Positions 12,322 to 25,040 are shown, numbered from the stretch's first letter. The stretch: DNA of 64,000 bases from Eukaryota sp. TZLM1-RC (GCA_040285825.1 JAUPSS010000010.1:124001-188000), one strand, 5' to 3'. A program made the numbers and translations. Notes: generated from the sequence alone by a model not told the origin.

Positions 12322-12666
12322 AATTTAGATTTTAAAAACGCTTTCAATGCAGTGAAGAGGTCGTCCATCTTGCCCTTGCTTCAAACTCATTTTCCAGAAG
12401 CTGAGTCGTTCTTTTACAATTTTTATGGCTCACAGTCGACTCTTGTTTATGAGGAATTCAATCTAATATCATCATCTGGTGTCAAACAAGGTGATCCATT
12501 AGGTCCTTTCTTTTTCTGCCTTGCTATCCATCCTTTGATGTGTGAATTAAAACAAGAATTTCCAGATGTTCATATAACTGCTTATATGGATGACATATCA
12601 ATAATTGATCCAATTGATTCATTGAGAACAATTGCTGAAATTGTTCAACAGCGCTATTATCAAATT

Positions 12667-12763
12667 AATTTATTGAATTTGCACACTTGATTAAATTAAA
12701 TCATAACTAATGGGACGACTATCATTAAACCAAGATTTCCTCTACAAAATCTTGATTTGCTTG
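12667..12763 (-). mobile_element. Family F 97-bp 3' end inserted antisense into C
   Basis: TSD attatcaaatt at 12656-12666 and 12764-12774; reverse complement matches 21920-21951 joined to 24045-24109. Confidence 0.9.
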
Positions 12764-12789
12764 ATTATCAAATTGGTCTTTCTCTAAAT

Positions 12790-14483
12790 TTTTTTTTAAT
12801 TTAATTTTATTCTAAACCTATAAATCAACATCTAAAGAATCCATCTCTCCCAAAACAAAAACACTAGATGCAACTCTCTCATAGTGAGATCCAAGAGAAA
12901 GCAAAGCATCAGAAACCATCTTCAACATCCCCTTAAAAATAGAAAACACAATTCTATTTTGCCAAAACAATCTGTTGAAATTTCTGCCAGTTCTTCTCTT
13001 TACAATCATTTCAAAATCATCCAAAAAACGTAAAGCAGTTGGTGCAAGTGAACCAAAAGGGAAAATACAAATGGATACAAATTGTATTTTTGCATGTTGT
13101 AGACTGGCCAATTTGGACAAAGGTTCATTGTATTTTTTTGAATTTAAAATTTTCAGCATTTGAAAGGGGATTATGAATTTCAGAATTAACAAGCCTTTCA
13201 TTTGAGGCATTACAAGGATCAACAGACATTACATCCAATAAAATGAAACTTCCATCTAATCCAGGTAATATGACATCACCTCTATTATTCTTATGAAAAT
13301 CATTTTCAGCATCAAACAGATTTGACAACAGAGGTTCCAAGAAGGATTCAATTCTATGAGATTTACACATACAATATAACTGGTCTCTTACAGCATCATG
13401 AACCTTGCTTCTAAAAGTAATAAAATGTTTACAATTTAACAAATGAGTAGTTGTAATTTCTCGAGAACATTTACAAATTAAATTATGAGGTAAATTATCA
13501 GGCCAGATAAAGGAACGAAATCTCATATTCAGAGTCCAAGCAGAATCGGATAAGAGAGTACCATAAACTTGTGGAATTGTTGTTACTAAGGCAGAAGAAG
13601 TACTGTCACACATATCTTGTAAAAGATTTGCAAAAGCGGGATTCTTTTTCTTGGCCAAGCCAAGTCTAACATCAAAATCCAAGCTTTCAAAAATCTTTGA
13701 CAATTTTTGTTGAAGATTTTTACAGCAAAACTGTAAAAAGATCCATGCAATGTGTAATTCCTATCATATTGAATCTTTTGTAGAACCTTTGTTGAGGTCT
13801 CTTGATATAAATGAAAGCGTAAGAGATTCAGAATATGGAAAACGACGTGCTGATGTTGTTGTGCCCTCGTTTGATGATGTCATGAATGTTGTTGATGTCG
13901 TAACAGTGGATGTTTGCAAGAAAAATGCCTTGAAAAATGCTCAATCCGAAGTATCCCCCCTTGATGACTCCGAATTGTACAAACGGAAAAAGTATGCAAA
14001 TCCTTTAAAAGAATTGAAACATGTTCGCCATGTAGATTACCAAATTTGCCCATTTGCTATATCGTTGTATGGTCGTCTTGGAAAAACTGCTTTGAATTTT
14101 ATTGATGATTTTGAAAATCTTGTGAAAAAAGAATGAATAAGCGTTTTGATCGTCGCTTGTGGCTAAATCGTATTGTTTTTACTATTTTCAAATCAATTCC
14201 TAAAATGATTTCGAAAGCTTTAATGTCTGTCAGTGCACATTATGAAAACATTGCTGCTGTAAGGTTTGATGGTGTGGAAGCTTGTTTTGAAGAAATTGAC
14301 TTTTAGACTGTGGTTTTGAAAATAAATTAAAATTAAATAGAGATCGGTTTGGAATTTCTTGAATTGATTGAGGAAAACATTTGGTCCAAATTTGTGGTGG
14401 CAATTTTTCAAGTTCACAAGATAACTCATACAAATAGGGACTGCAATTGGGAACTAACAGATGAGAATATTCTAAATATAATA
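12790..14483 (-). mobile_element. Family A 5'-truncated copy inserted antisense into C (contains B 13738-14330)
   Basis: TSD ctctaaat at 12782-12789 and 14484-14491; poly-T; ..DVDL*. Confidence 0.88.
13738..14330 (+). mobile_element. Family B (B1) 3' part inserted antisense into A
   Basis: A resumes exactly (ctgtaaa / ttaaatagag); RLE ORF 13750-14136; little or no TSD. Confidence 0.88.
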
Positions 14484-14764
14484 CTCTAAATATTTCCAAA
14501 TGTTTATTGATTGGTAGAGAGCCTGCTGATCTCATTATTGATGATCAAAGTGTTCCTTGTATCAATTATTTTGAATCAGGATTTCATTTTTTAGGTTGTT
14601 TTTTTATAAATTGAAATTGATTTTCAACGCTAACAAAACATTAAACAAAAAACTAGAACTCAATATCCTCAATACACGCATCAACATCATCAAATGTTTT
14701 AAGCGCGCGATTTTCATACTCTATTCCTAATTGTAACAGTGCTTTGGTCAACATTTCTGGAATT

Positions 14765-14806
14765 TTTAGATATTGACTTTTAGACTGTAGTTTAATAATA
14801 AATTAA
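14765..14806 (+). mobile_element. 42-bp family B2 3'-terminal mini-insertion
   Basis: 15-bp TSD aacatttctggaatt at 14750-14764 and 14807-14821. Confidence 0.9.
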
Positions 14807-16556
14807 AACATTTCTGGAATTGCTTTAAGAATACTGAAAACAATTCTATTGTGCCAGAAATTGAAGTTCAATTCTTTTCCTTTTTTTATAAATTGAAATT
14901 TATTTTCAACGCTAACAAAACATTAAACAAAAAACTAGAACTCAATATCCTCAATACACGCATCAACATCATCAAATCTATTCAGCGCGCGATTTTCATA
15001 CTCTATTCCTAATTGTAACAGTGCTTTGGTCAACATTTCTGGAATTGCTTTAAGAATACTAAAAACAATTCTATTGTGCCAGAAATTGAAGTTCAATTCT
15101 TTTCCTGCTTTTTCTTTTATTAAACTTCTGAAATCTTCAAGAAATTTAATGCCAGATATTCCAATGTTACCAAAAAGAGAAACAGCAAATGGAACCAACT
15201 GATACTTGACATGCTCAACACGTCCTAGCTGAGATAAGGGTTCCTTGTACTTTTTGATTTTGCTCTTTTCAGCAAAGCAAAGTGGAGTTTCATCTCTTTT
15301 AGCAAAATCAATTGCTGAGTCTTTACAAACATCAACAGTAACAACATCAACAACTTTAATAACCCCATCAGACGCAGGGGTAATTAAATCAGCACGGCGT
15401 TTCCCAAAAGTATTTTCATCTTCATTTTCAGATGACAACCTTCGCACAAGTGGTTCAACAAAAGCTTCAATGTGATGACTTTTGCACATAGCGTATAGTT
15501 GGTCTCTAACAGCATTGTGAACAACTGAGCGATATGTAATATTAAATTTGCAATTAAGTAAATGATTCAGATTACAACCAAATATTATCTGGTCAACGCA
15601 AATACCCAGAAGAATTAAGAAGTTCTCGTTTGACTGCACTTGTCAAAAATTCAAAAATGGATGTTCGTCCTATTGCAGTCTCTGAGAGCTTACACAATAT
15701 TTTTTCTGCGTGTTGCTTAAGCAGGTTCAATGAAAAAGCTAAAAAGATTTTATTACCCTTTCAATATGGTATAAATACTACAGATGGAGTCTTTTCAGCG
15801 ATTTTTGCTACTGATGTCTTATTTTGCCAAAATGAATTCAATGTTTGCATGTCATTGGATTTTAGTAATGCTTTCAATTCACTAAGTCGTCGCAGTATCC
15901 ATGGTGCTCTATTGCAATATATGCCGGAATTAATACCATATTTTCAATCAACTTATTGCACATATTCTAATTTACATTTTGGTAACAACATTTTGAGTTC
16001 ATCAAGTGGCGTAAAGCAAGGAGATCCGTTAGGACCTCTTTTGTTTTGTTTGGCCATCCATCCTATTCTACTGCAAATTCAAGAGATGTTTCCTTCACTA
16101 AAAATGATTGCATATATGGATGATGTTGTGCTTATTGGTGATTTAAATATTGTGAAAAAAGCAACTGTATGTTTTAAAGAATTATTTACCAAAATTGGTC
16201 TCCGACTTAATTTACTTAAATGTGTTTTGTTATCGAATTCTCCAGTTTCCACAATAATTGATGATATTGAAATTTAAGCCAAATTATATTCAATTGATGC
16301 TATTCGTCATTTGGGTTCGTTTTTAGGAAATAATGATGAAATTACCAAAAAATTGTTTGAAAAGTTGAACTCAATTTCTGACAAAATTGACCGAATGATG
16401 AATTTAGATATAAAAAAACACATCAAATTTACCATTATAAGACTGTGTTTTAGTTCCAATTTTAATCATATATTTCGATCTACAAATCCTCTCGTCACTA
16501 GACCTTTGGCTCAAAAGTTTAATGAGTTACGTGCAAAAGTTCTGTCTCAATTACTT

Positions 16557-16597
16557 TTTTTTTAAAAAACTGGAATATTTATTGAGATAAAAATAAC
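16557..16597 (-). mobile_element. Family D 3' UTR mini-insertion at a deletion in F
   Basis: Reverse complement of about 35010-35052; no TSD; F appears to lack the GGxG segment here. Confidence 0.8.
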
Positions 16598-17451
16598 AAT
16601 CTTTGCAATCTTTGAGTTTTCCGAAAGATTTGCAGATTGGGAAGATTTATTGATGACAACGCAAAGTTCCACTGTTTTTGCATTAAATGAAGAAATTTCA
16701 AGAATTGATGTAGAAAAATGGGGTCGATGTTTTCCCCAATCATTCAATGGCAATATTCCAGAAAAAAATGTTTTAAATTTGAAGTACACTCTTCGAACAT
16801 TACAGAAAAGATTGACTGGAATGTATGAAAAAGATCTTTATAATAATATTATAATAATATGTTGTGAAATTACAGAAGTCTGTTCTTATTGGTTTTGAAG
16901 ACCTGGATTTTTCTAAACGACTTAGTGTGACTAAGATTAATAATCCCGTCTTTGCTGCCTTTTTATCAGACATTCAGAACTGTACTAGTTTAATATCTCA
17001 GCAACCAAGGCCATTTGGTCTTCACTTAACAAATGAAGCTTGGAAACAAAACATGCGGTTGAGATTAGGGATGTATCCAAGTGGTCTTTTGGACAATTCT
17101 TATTGTATTTGTAACAAAAAACCTACTGCCAATTTTCGTCATATTGTGAGCTGTAAGAAATTTCTCCAATATAGGTCAGTTCTTCATAATGCCGTTCGTG
17201 ATGTGACATATGAGATGTTCAAGTGTTACAATTTTAGTTGCAAAGTAGAACCTTTGTTGAAGCATTATAGTGATGATAATCTTTTTAATTCACGTCGAGG
17301 TGATTTAATTGCTCCTTTTGTGGATTCCTCTCAAGTTGTTGTTGATTTCACTACAGTTGATCCCTTTGCTTTGGTTTATCGCGATGATGTTTTACTTAGT
17401 ACTAATGGTCATTTGAACAAGGCTGAAGATCGTAAGAGAGATAAATATACT

Positions 17452-20400
17452 TTTTTTTTTTAATTTAATTTTAATTTATTTTCAAAACCACGGACTAAAA
17501 GTCAATATCTTCAAAACAAGCTTCCACACCATCAAACCTTACAGCAGCAATGTTTTCATAATGTGCACTGACAGACATTAAAGCTTTCGAAATCATTTTA
17601 GGAATTGATTTGAAAATAGTAAAAACAATACGATTTAGCTACAAGCGACGATCAAAACGCTTATTCATTCTTTTTTTTACAAGATTTTCAAAATCATCAA
17701 TAAAATTCAAAGCAGTTTTTCCAAGACGACCATACAACGATATAGCAAATGGGCAAATTTGGTAATCTACATGGCGAACATGTTTCAATTCTTTTAAAGG
17801 ATTTGCATACTTTTTCCGTTTGTACAATTCGGAGTCATCAAGGGGGGATACTTCGGATTGAGCATTTTTCAAGGCATTTTTCTTGCATACATCCACTGTT
17901 ACGACATCAACAACATTCATGACATCATCAAACGAGGGCACAACAACATCAGCACGTCGTTTTCCATATTCTGAATCTCTTACGCTTTCATTTATATCAA
18001 GAGACCTCAACAAAGGTTCTACAAAAGATTCAATATGATAGGAATTACACATTGCATGGATTTGATCTCTGACTGCATCATGCAACGTAGAACGATAGGA
18101 AATATATCTATTACAATTAAATAAATGTGATAATGTCAAACCAGCTCCACATTTACAAAACAAATCATTGGGCAAATTACAAGGCCATAAATAACAACGC
18201 ATTCTCATAGCAGTGGTCCATTGGTCGTCATTCAAAAATAGACCATAAATCTGGGGAATTTGATTTATCAAAACTGCAGATGAACTGTCCTTCAAATCAA
18301 TCAAAAAATTGGCAAAAGCAGGATTTTCTTTCTTAGCCGTGCTAAGTCGAACAATAAAATCCTTGTTTTCAAAATTTTCAAAAGATGTCGTTGGAGCTTT
18401 TTCAACGCAAATTTTAATGAATATAAACTTCTGTCTGGAATTTCTTGAATGGATATGGGGAAACATGATTGCCATAAGTCGGGAGATAAACTGGATATTT
18501 CTTCTCTTAAGTTATCCAGGAATATGCTATTTGTATTTTCAAGAAGATTTTCGGCAAAGGATATCTTCTAGAGAATTCAAATACAAAATTTTTTCCACCA
18601 CCAATAAATGCAGCTTTGGTCAAATATTTTGATGAATTGAATCCAACACCGCCAAGTTGAACATCAGAAAAAATATGATTTTTCAAAATTGATGGATCAA
18701 CAGACATTAAATAAGCCAAAAATTGGGTACGTATTTTGTTAAATTGTCTACAAAAATTGTAAGTTAGGGATGGAGGTAATGATCGCAGTAAATGAGTAAT
18801 CTTTCCAGCATAACAAATTTTCAAAAGAAAAAACTTAAGATGTTTTTCCAATTCAAGAGTCTTTATGACTTCTAGCTCTTTTTAATTGAATTTAAATAAT
18901 TTTCAAGGCTGTCAAGTGTCTTTTCGGCGGAACCTAAATAGCAACCCAGAAAGCAGAAACTAGTTGAAGTATAATCAATATATGGAACTTCGAGGGAATT
19001 AATTATTAACTTAACATTTTTCCTAGAAATACAAAAACATTTTTGAACATTCAAATCAAGACCTATGGATTGGTATAATGTAGCAGCTTCATTAGCAACC
19101 CTATTAATTGTACTTTCTGGACCAATACAAGAAATGTCATCCATGTAAGCTACCACTTGAAGGTCAGAATTTTCTTCTTTTAATTTTTTTCAAAATTGGG
19201 TGAATTGCAAGACAAAAAAAGAAAGGACCTAAAGGGTCTCCTTGTTTAACTCCTGATAAAGAATCCAGATTAAAAGAATTAAAAATTAAATCAGATGAAT
19301 TACCATAAAACCTATAAAAAAAGGTTTCGAGTTCAGGAAAATTTGATTTGATTTCTTTCCAAATTGAATCTCTTTTCACTGAATTGAAAGCATTTTTGAA
19401 ATCAAGATTAAAAATGCAACTATTTTCGTGACAATTGAAAAACAGATCAGATGTCAAAGCAGCAACTGAAGCTCCATCTATGGTTTTGATTCCATATTGG
19501 AATGGAGAAAAGTATTCTTTAGCTTTTGTTGAAACTCGATTAAAAATTACTGAAGACATCAGGCGATAAATGGCTTCACCAATGGCAATTGGGCGAACTT
19601 TTCCATTAGGTTTAGTTAAAGCCACTAACCTTGATGCACTTAATTCTTTTGGTGGAACAATTTTCATTGTCAAAACATCTTGAAAAAAGGAACATAAATC
19701 TTTAATAATAAAGGTTTTTTGGCGGCACACAGATTTCAGCATATCAAAAGTAATTCCAGATGGACCTGGAGCTTTTCCAGATGGAAGACGGAAAATGGCA
19801 GTTTCAACTTCTTTTTCAGAAAGTGGATTTTGTTTCCAAAATTGTGAAGCAGATGGTTTATCCAAATTAAGAAATTCAGCTGGATGCAGATCCACTAATT
19901 GATTTACAGTTTCATCAGTCACAGGAGCAAGATCAGATGAGAACAGAGCGTTTTTCCCTGAACCATATCTCCCACGTAGCAAAAGTTTTCGTACAGTCTT
20001 ATTCTTGGGTTGTTTCTTTGGAGTGAAAACCTTTTGGGGACGAGAACCTGATTTTTGTTCAAGGAAGAATTTCCAAATAGACAATATATCCCATTCTCCT
20101 TTTTTCAAAGCAAGACTGAATGTTTTAAACGCAACAGAAAAGGGTATGGAAGCCTTGGGACTGAGAACATTCGGAATCTTACATGGAGGCCGTAATGTAT
20201 CAAGCGAGGAGCAAACATGGCATACATATAAATTATTTTTTAAAATATATCTTTCAGCTTTTTCATTACAAATAGCACAATTATCAATTTGACTTGCTTC
20301 AAGGGGAATATCTAACATCACTGCATCATTGTCTTCTGCAGTGCACTCATCTTTGGGAGGTAAATTAAATTCTAAATTATTTAATTCAGCGGCAGCGGCG

Positions 20401-20769
20401 GTTACAGAATAAGAAATAGATGGATTTTGATAATTTTCACATTTTTTAGAATTCTTTTTATGACCAACTTTATGACAGGATGAGCAACGGGGAACATTTT
20501 TTGAGAGTTTAGTGTTTTTTGCGGCACGCTGATCATTTTTTGAATTTGAAATTTTTTGAGAAGAATTTCGAGCATAGCTTGGAGGGTGGGGAGAGTGGAG
20601 GAGTGAAGGGGATGAGCTTGATCTGACGGGTAGAACCTTCACTTGGGCATTCCAATCAGTATCGGAGTCACTATCAGTCTCTGGCATCGTTTTGGGAAAG
20701 ACACAGTACAACTTTGACGCCAACACAGAAAGTGAAAAATGAGAGGCTTGACCAAGGGAGGGAGAAAAA
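17452..20769 (-). mobile_element. Family B (B1) full-length copy inserted antisense into G
   Basis: TSD agataaatatact at 17439-17451 and 20770-20782; oligo-T leader and poly(A) tail. Confidence 0.95.
17495..20687 (-). pseudogene. Family B polyprotein (about 1060 aa): Zn knuckle, RT, CCHC, RLE
   Basis: MPETDSDSDTDW.., CSSCHKVGH..C, YMDD, CKC..HLFNC, RRAD..D..K.KKY; homopolymer frameshifts and a TGG>TAG stop at 17639. Confidence 0.9.
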
Positions 20770-21951
20770 AGATAAATATACTGAGATATTAAATGATTTA
20801 AATAAGAACCTTTATTCGAAGTTTTCGTTTGTTCCTTTTGCCTTTTCGATTTTTGGCAACATTGGACAATCCGCCTTGAATTTCATCAATGATTTTGGTA
20901 ATTTATGTCGTTCAAGTGGTAAGAATTTTGCAGAGAATTTATGGAAAAATCGTATCATTTTCGCTTTGTACAGAAGTGTTCCCAAGTACTTGAGTTTAAT
21001 GATGTCTAAACTTTATAAGGATTCATCAAGAGTTGGCGTGGAGAATTTAGTTTCTTATGTGTTTTAGTTTGTTTTGTTTTTATTTGATTCTTTATATAAA
21101 TACATATTTGATTATAATAATATTTGCAGCTCGGCTGTTTTAAATCAAGATCTTCACTCATTGTTATTGGAAAAGGGTGTTTGTCAAAACAAGGCGTCAG
21201 ATTCTTCACTTTTTGTAACCATTGTACCACGAAGATTTGGATTGTGTGCCACTAATGAAGCATTTGTAACAAAAATGAGATTATATTTGAACATCCCCAT
21301 TAACCAATTATTATCAAAAGAAAAATGTATTTGTTCGAATTCACCTCAACTCACTTTGCGCCATGCTCTAAATTGCTCTAAATTGATAACTTATCGTTCT
21401 TCATTACATGATGCTGTTAGAGACACTGTTTTCAATATGGCACAAACTGCAAGGATATCGTGTATCAAAGAGCCCCTGCTGAAAGAAACACTTTCTCTGA
21501 ATAATTTTGGTTCTGATGATAGAGGTGATGTATACTGTGATTGGATTGATAATTCTGAAGCTATTGTTGACTTTGTCTCATGTAATGTTGCAAACGATAC
21601 TTTGGTTCACAGAAGAAAACTTAATCCTGTGGCTGCTCTGGATTTTAAAGCAAAAGAAAAACATAGAAAATATGATAAAGAAATTGAAGATGCAAATGTC
21701 GATAGAAATACACAGCTGGTTTTTATTGCTTTCCCATTTTCGATAAATGGAAGATTATCAGTTGAAGCAGAAACTTTTTTGGATGACTTCCAAAAAATGG
21801 TGAAAGAAAAAACAATGAAAAGATTTGATATTTTTTTATGGCGTTCACGGATTCAATTTGCCATTATTAATAGATTACCGCGGTTTTTCAATCGAATTAG
21901 AGAAGCTTTAGCTAGACAGCAAGCAAATCAAGATTTTGTAGAGGAAATCTT

Positions 21952-24039
21952 TTTTTTTTAAAAAAACTGGAATATTTATTGAGATAAAAATAACCATCAA
22001 TATCCTCCAAACAAGCGTCACTATTACTGAACCTACTCACAGCATTACGTTCATATTCTACACCAATAGCTAAAAGTGCCTTTGAAATCATTGTTGGAAT
22101 AGACTTGAAAATGCAAAAAACAATTCTATTTAACCAGAAAGTGGAGTTCATTGTTTTACCAGACCTATTCAGTAACACTTTTTTAAAATTTTCCAAAAAG
22201 TGCAAGCCTGAAGGTCAATATTTCCAAAAAGAGAAATTGCAAACGGCACAAACTGATATTTCACATGTTCCACTCTACCTAACTGTGCCAAAGGTTCTTC
22301 ATATTTTTTTATCTTCTTTTTTTCGGCGTTAGATAACGGCGAGTCAGCGGAATACACTAAACGAGCAGCAGAATTTTTGCAAACATCCACTGAGACAACG
22401 TCTACAACATTGAGAACACCATCGATCCCTGGAGCTACTAAATCTGCCCTTCTTTTACCAAAGGAATCATCAGTTTGATCTGAAGACAGCTTACGTACTA
22501 GTGGCTCAATAAATGCCTCTATATTGAAACTTTTGCACATGGCATATAATTGATCACGAACTGAGTCATGAACAAGTGAGCGATAAGTTATGAAATACTT
22601 ACAGTTTAAAATATGGGAAAGCGTAACAACACTCTTGCAGCGACAAATTAAATCATTTGGCAATGAGCAAGGCCATAGAAAACATCTCAATCTCATTGCA
22701 GTGGTCCATTGGTGATCATTAAGTAGAAGGCCGTAAATGTTGGGAATTTGGGAGATTAAGCAACTTGAGCAACTGTCTTCAAGATCAATCAAAAAGTTTG
22801 CAAAAACGGGATTTTTTTCCTTAGCCAAGCTAAGACGTACAATATAATCCAAGTTTTCTAAAACTTTCAAAATTTTTTTCTGCAATTTTGCAAAAGTCAA
22901 TGGTAAGGAGAGCAAGCTTCTTGAAGGAAGTTCCACAATATCAGAAGGGAAACATTTAGCCCAAATATTGGGTGAAAGAGTTTCAATTTCCTGTTGCAAA
23001 GAAATAAGATAGGAGCTGCCACAATTTTCAATGAGATGAATTTTTTCAGGAAAACGATTCACAAATTCATAAATAAAATTCTTTCCACCTCCAATAAAGG
23101 CAGCTTTACAAAGGTAGCTTGACTTATGAAAATCAACACCACCAAAATTTGTACCACAAAAATGTGGCTTCGTAACTGAGATGCATCAATTTCCAATAAT
23201 TTTGCTAAAAATTAGTTCTTTGTTCATTAAAAATGCGACAGAACTCCAAGGAAATTGATGGTGATGTTGATCTCAAAATATGAGTAAATTTTCCAGAATA
23301 ACAGATTTTGAGGAAAAGAATTTCAAATGTTTCTCAATATTTAAATTTTCTATTGATTCTAATTCATTTCCAAATTGAGTCAACAGAGTCGAGAGTTGGC
23401 TTTTCACTTCATCAATATTTCCGAGATAACAACCCAAAAAACGAAAACCAGACTGATCATAATTGATAAAGGGGACATTTACATCATTAATGAAAAAATC
23501 AATTGGTTCATGGCCAATAATCAAACATTTGGAGATATTCAATGAGAGACCAATATCTTCATAACGCTGTTGAATAAAAGTTGCTATTTGTTTCAGAATT
23601 GTAATAGGAGCAATTACAGAAATGTCATCCATATATGCTACAATATCTATTTCTGGGAATTTTTCTTTCAATTCGCACATTAATGGATGAATTGCCAGAC
23701 AAAAGAAAAAAGGACCAAGTGGATCACCTTGTTTAACACCTGAAGACGAAAGCAGGTCAAAATTTTCATAGACCAATGTGGATGATTTTCCATAAAATGA
23801 ATAGAAAAAAGGCTCAACTTCAGGAAAATGCTTTTGCAGCAAAGGTAAAATGGAAGAACGAGATACAGAATTGAAAGCATTCTTAAAATCTAAATTGAAG
23901 ATGTAATTAGAATCACTAGAATTAAAAAACACATCCGACGAAAGAGCAGCAGAAGAAGCACCATCAATTGTCTTGATTCCAAATTGAAACGGACTGAAAA
24001 ATTCCTTGGCTTTTTTTCCAATTCTATTGAAAACAAGAG
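21952..24039 (-). mobile_element. Family D 5'-truncated copy inserted antisense into the last codons of F
   Basis: Short TSD atctt at 21947-21951 and 24040-24044; ORFs 22169-23062 and 23273-23932 near-identical to the full D copy. Confidence 0.9.
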
Positions 24040-24260
24040 ATCTTGGTTTAATGATAGTCGTCCCATTAGTTATGATTTAATTTAATCAAGTGTGCAAATT
24101 CAATAAATTGAGAAGTTTATTCAGATTAATGAGCTGACCACAACGACAAATCAAATCATTTGGCACACTACATGGCCACAGAAAACATCTCATCCTGAAG
24201 GCAGTTGTCCATTGATGATCATTTAATAAGGTTGTTATTTAGGCAATTTTGATGAAAATT

Positions 24261-24816
24261 TCCTCAAGAAAATTTCAAGTGCAGCAAGCCTGAAGTGTGT
24301 CCTTTTTGGATTGAAAATCCTATTACTGCAATTGAAGTTCTTAAAGCTATTCAAAAATTGCCAAAGGGGAAAGCAGCAGGCCCATCTGGAATTTCTTTTG
24401 ATCTGTTAAAAATAGCGTGTTCCAGTGCTCCCGAAATTGCTGATGATCTAGCCCACTATTTTCAACAATTGATTATTTTGAAAATTAATCCTCCATTTGA
24501 ATTACTCGCAGCACGACTGATTGCTTTAGTAAAGCCTGGAAACGGAATCAAACCTGATGGAATACGCCCAATTGCTGTTGGTGAATCTCTTTCTCGTTTG
24601 CTAGCATCAATTGTCTTCGATCGTGTCAAAGACAAAGCTTCTACATTTTTGAATCCTCATCAATTTGGAATCAAAACAATTGATGGTGCTTCTGTTGCTG
24701 CTATTGCCTCTGATACCTTTTTTAATGCAGAGGAAAATAATTTTATTTTTAATCTCGACTTTAAAAATGCTTTTAATTCTGTAAAGCGAGAAGCAATTTT
24801 TGAAGTTATTAAATCT
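24261..24816 (+). mobile_element. Family A RT N-terminal fragment
   Basis: ORF 24295-24834. Confidence 0.88.
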
Positions 24817-25040
24817 TTTTTTTTTGAAAAGTAATATTTATTTTCAAAACCACAGTCTAAAAGTCAATATCTTCAAAACAAGCTTCCACACCATCAAACC
24901 TTACAGCAGCAATGTTTTCATAATGTGCACTGACAGACATTAAAGCTTTCGAAATCATTTTAGGAATTGATTTGAAAATAGTAAAAACAATACGATTTAG
25001 CCACAAGCGACGATCAAAACGCTTATTCATTCTTTTTTTT
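24817..25040 (-). mobile_element. Family B1 3' fragment; same junction as 39738
   Basis: gttattaaatc-poly(T)-gaaaagtaatatt junction identical to 39727-39760. Confidence 0.88.

Larger units (their letters stand above)
16851..21111 (+). mobile_element. Family G divergent CRE-like LINE, 3' part, inserted in sense into F (split by B)
   Basis: TSD ttataataatatt at 16838-16850 and 21112-21124; CIC..HIVSC, HNAVRD, RRGD, KRDKY|TEIL..VPFAFSIFG rejoin across the B insertion; stop 21067. Confidence 0.88.
15575..24118 (+). mobile_element. Family F divergent CRE-like LINE, 5'-truncated (pieces 15575-16556, 16598-16850, 21112-21951, 24040-24118)
   Basis: TSD attcagatta at 15565-15574 and 24119-24128; RPIAVSE, LDFSNAFNS, QGDPLGP, YMDD, CIC..HALNC, RGD, K.RKY; ends ..FVEEILV*. 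Confidence 0.88.
14601..24228 (-). mobile_element. Family C head-to-tail pair (14601-14881; 14882-15574 plus 24119-24228) inserted antisense into C
   Basis: TSD aggttgtt at 14593-14600 and 24229-24236; two poly-T 3' ends; RLE ORF 14935-15639. Confidence 0.82.
12322..24257 (+). mobile_element. Family C RT fragment dispersed by nested insertions (pieces 12322-12666, 12764-12789, 14484-14600, 24229-24257)
   Basis: Pieces are colinear with the uninterrupted C RT at about 59449-59938 after TSD removal. Confidence 0.85.
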
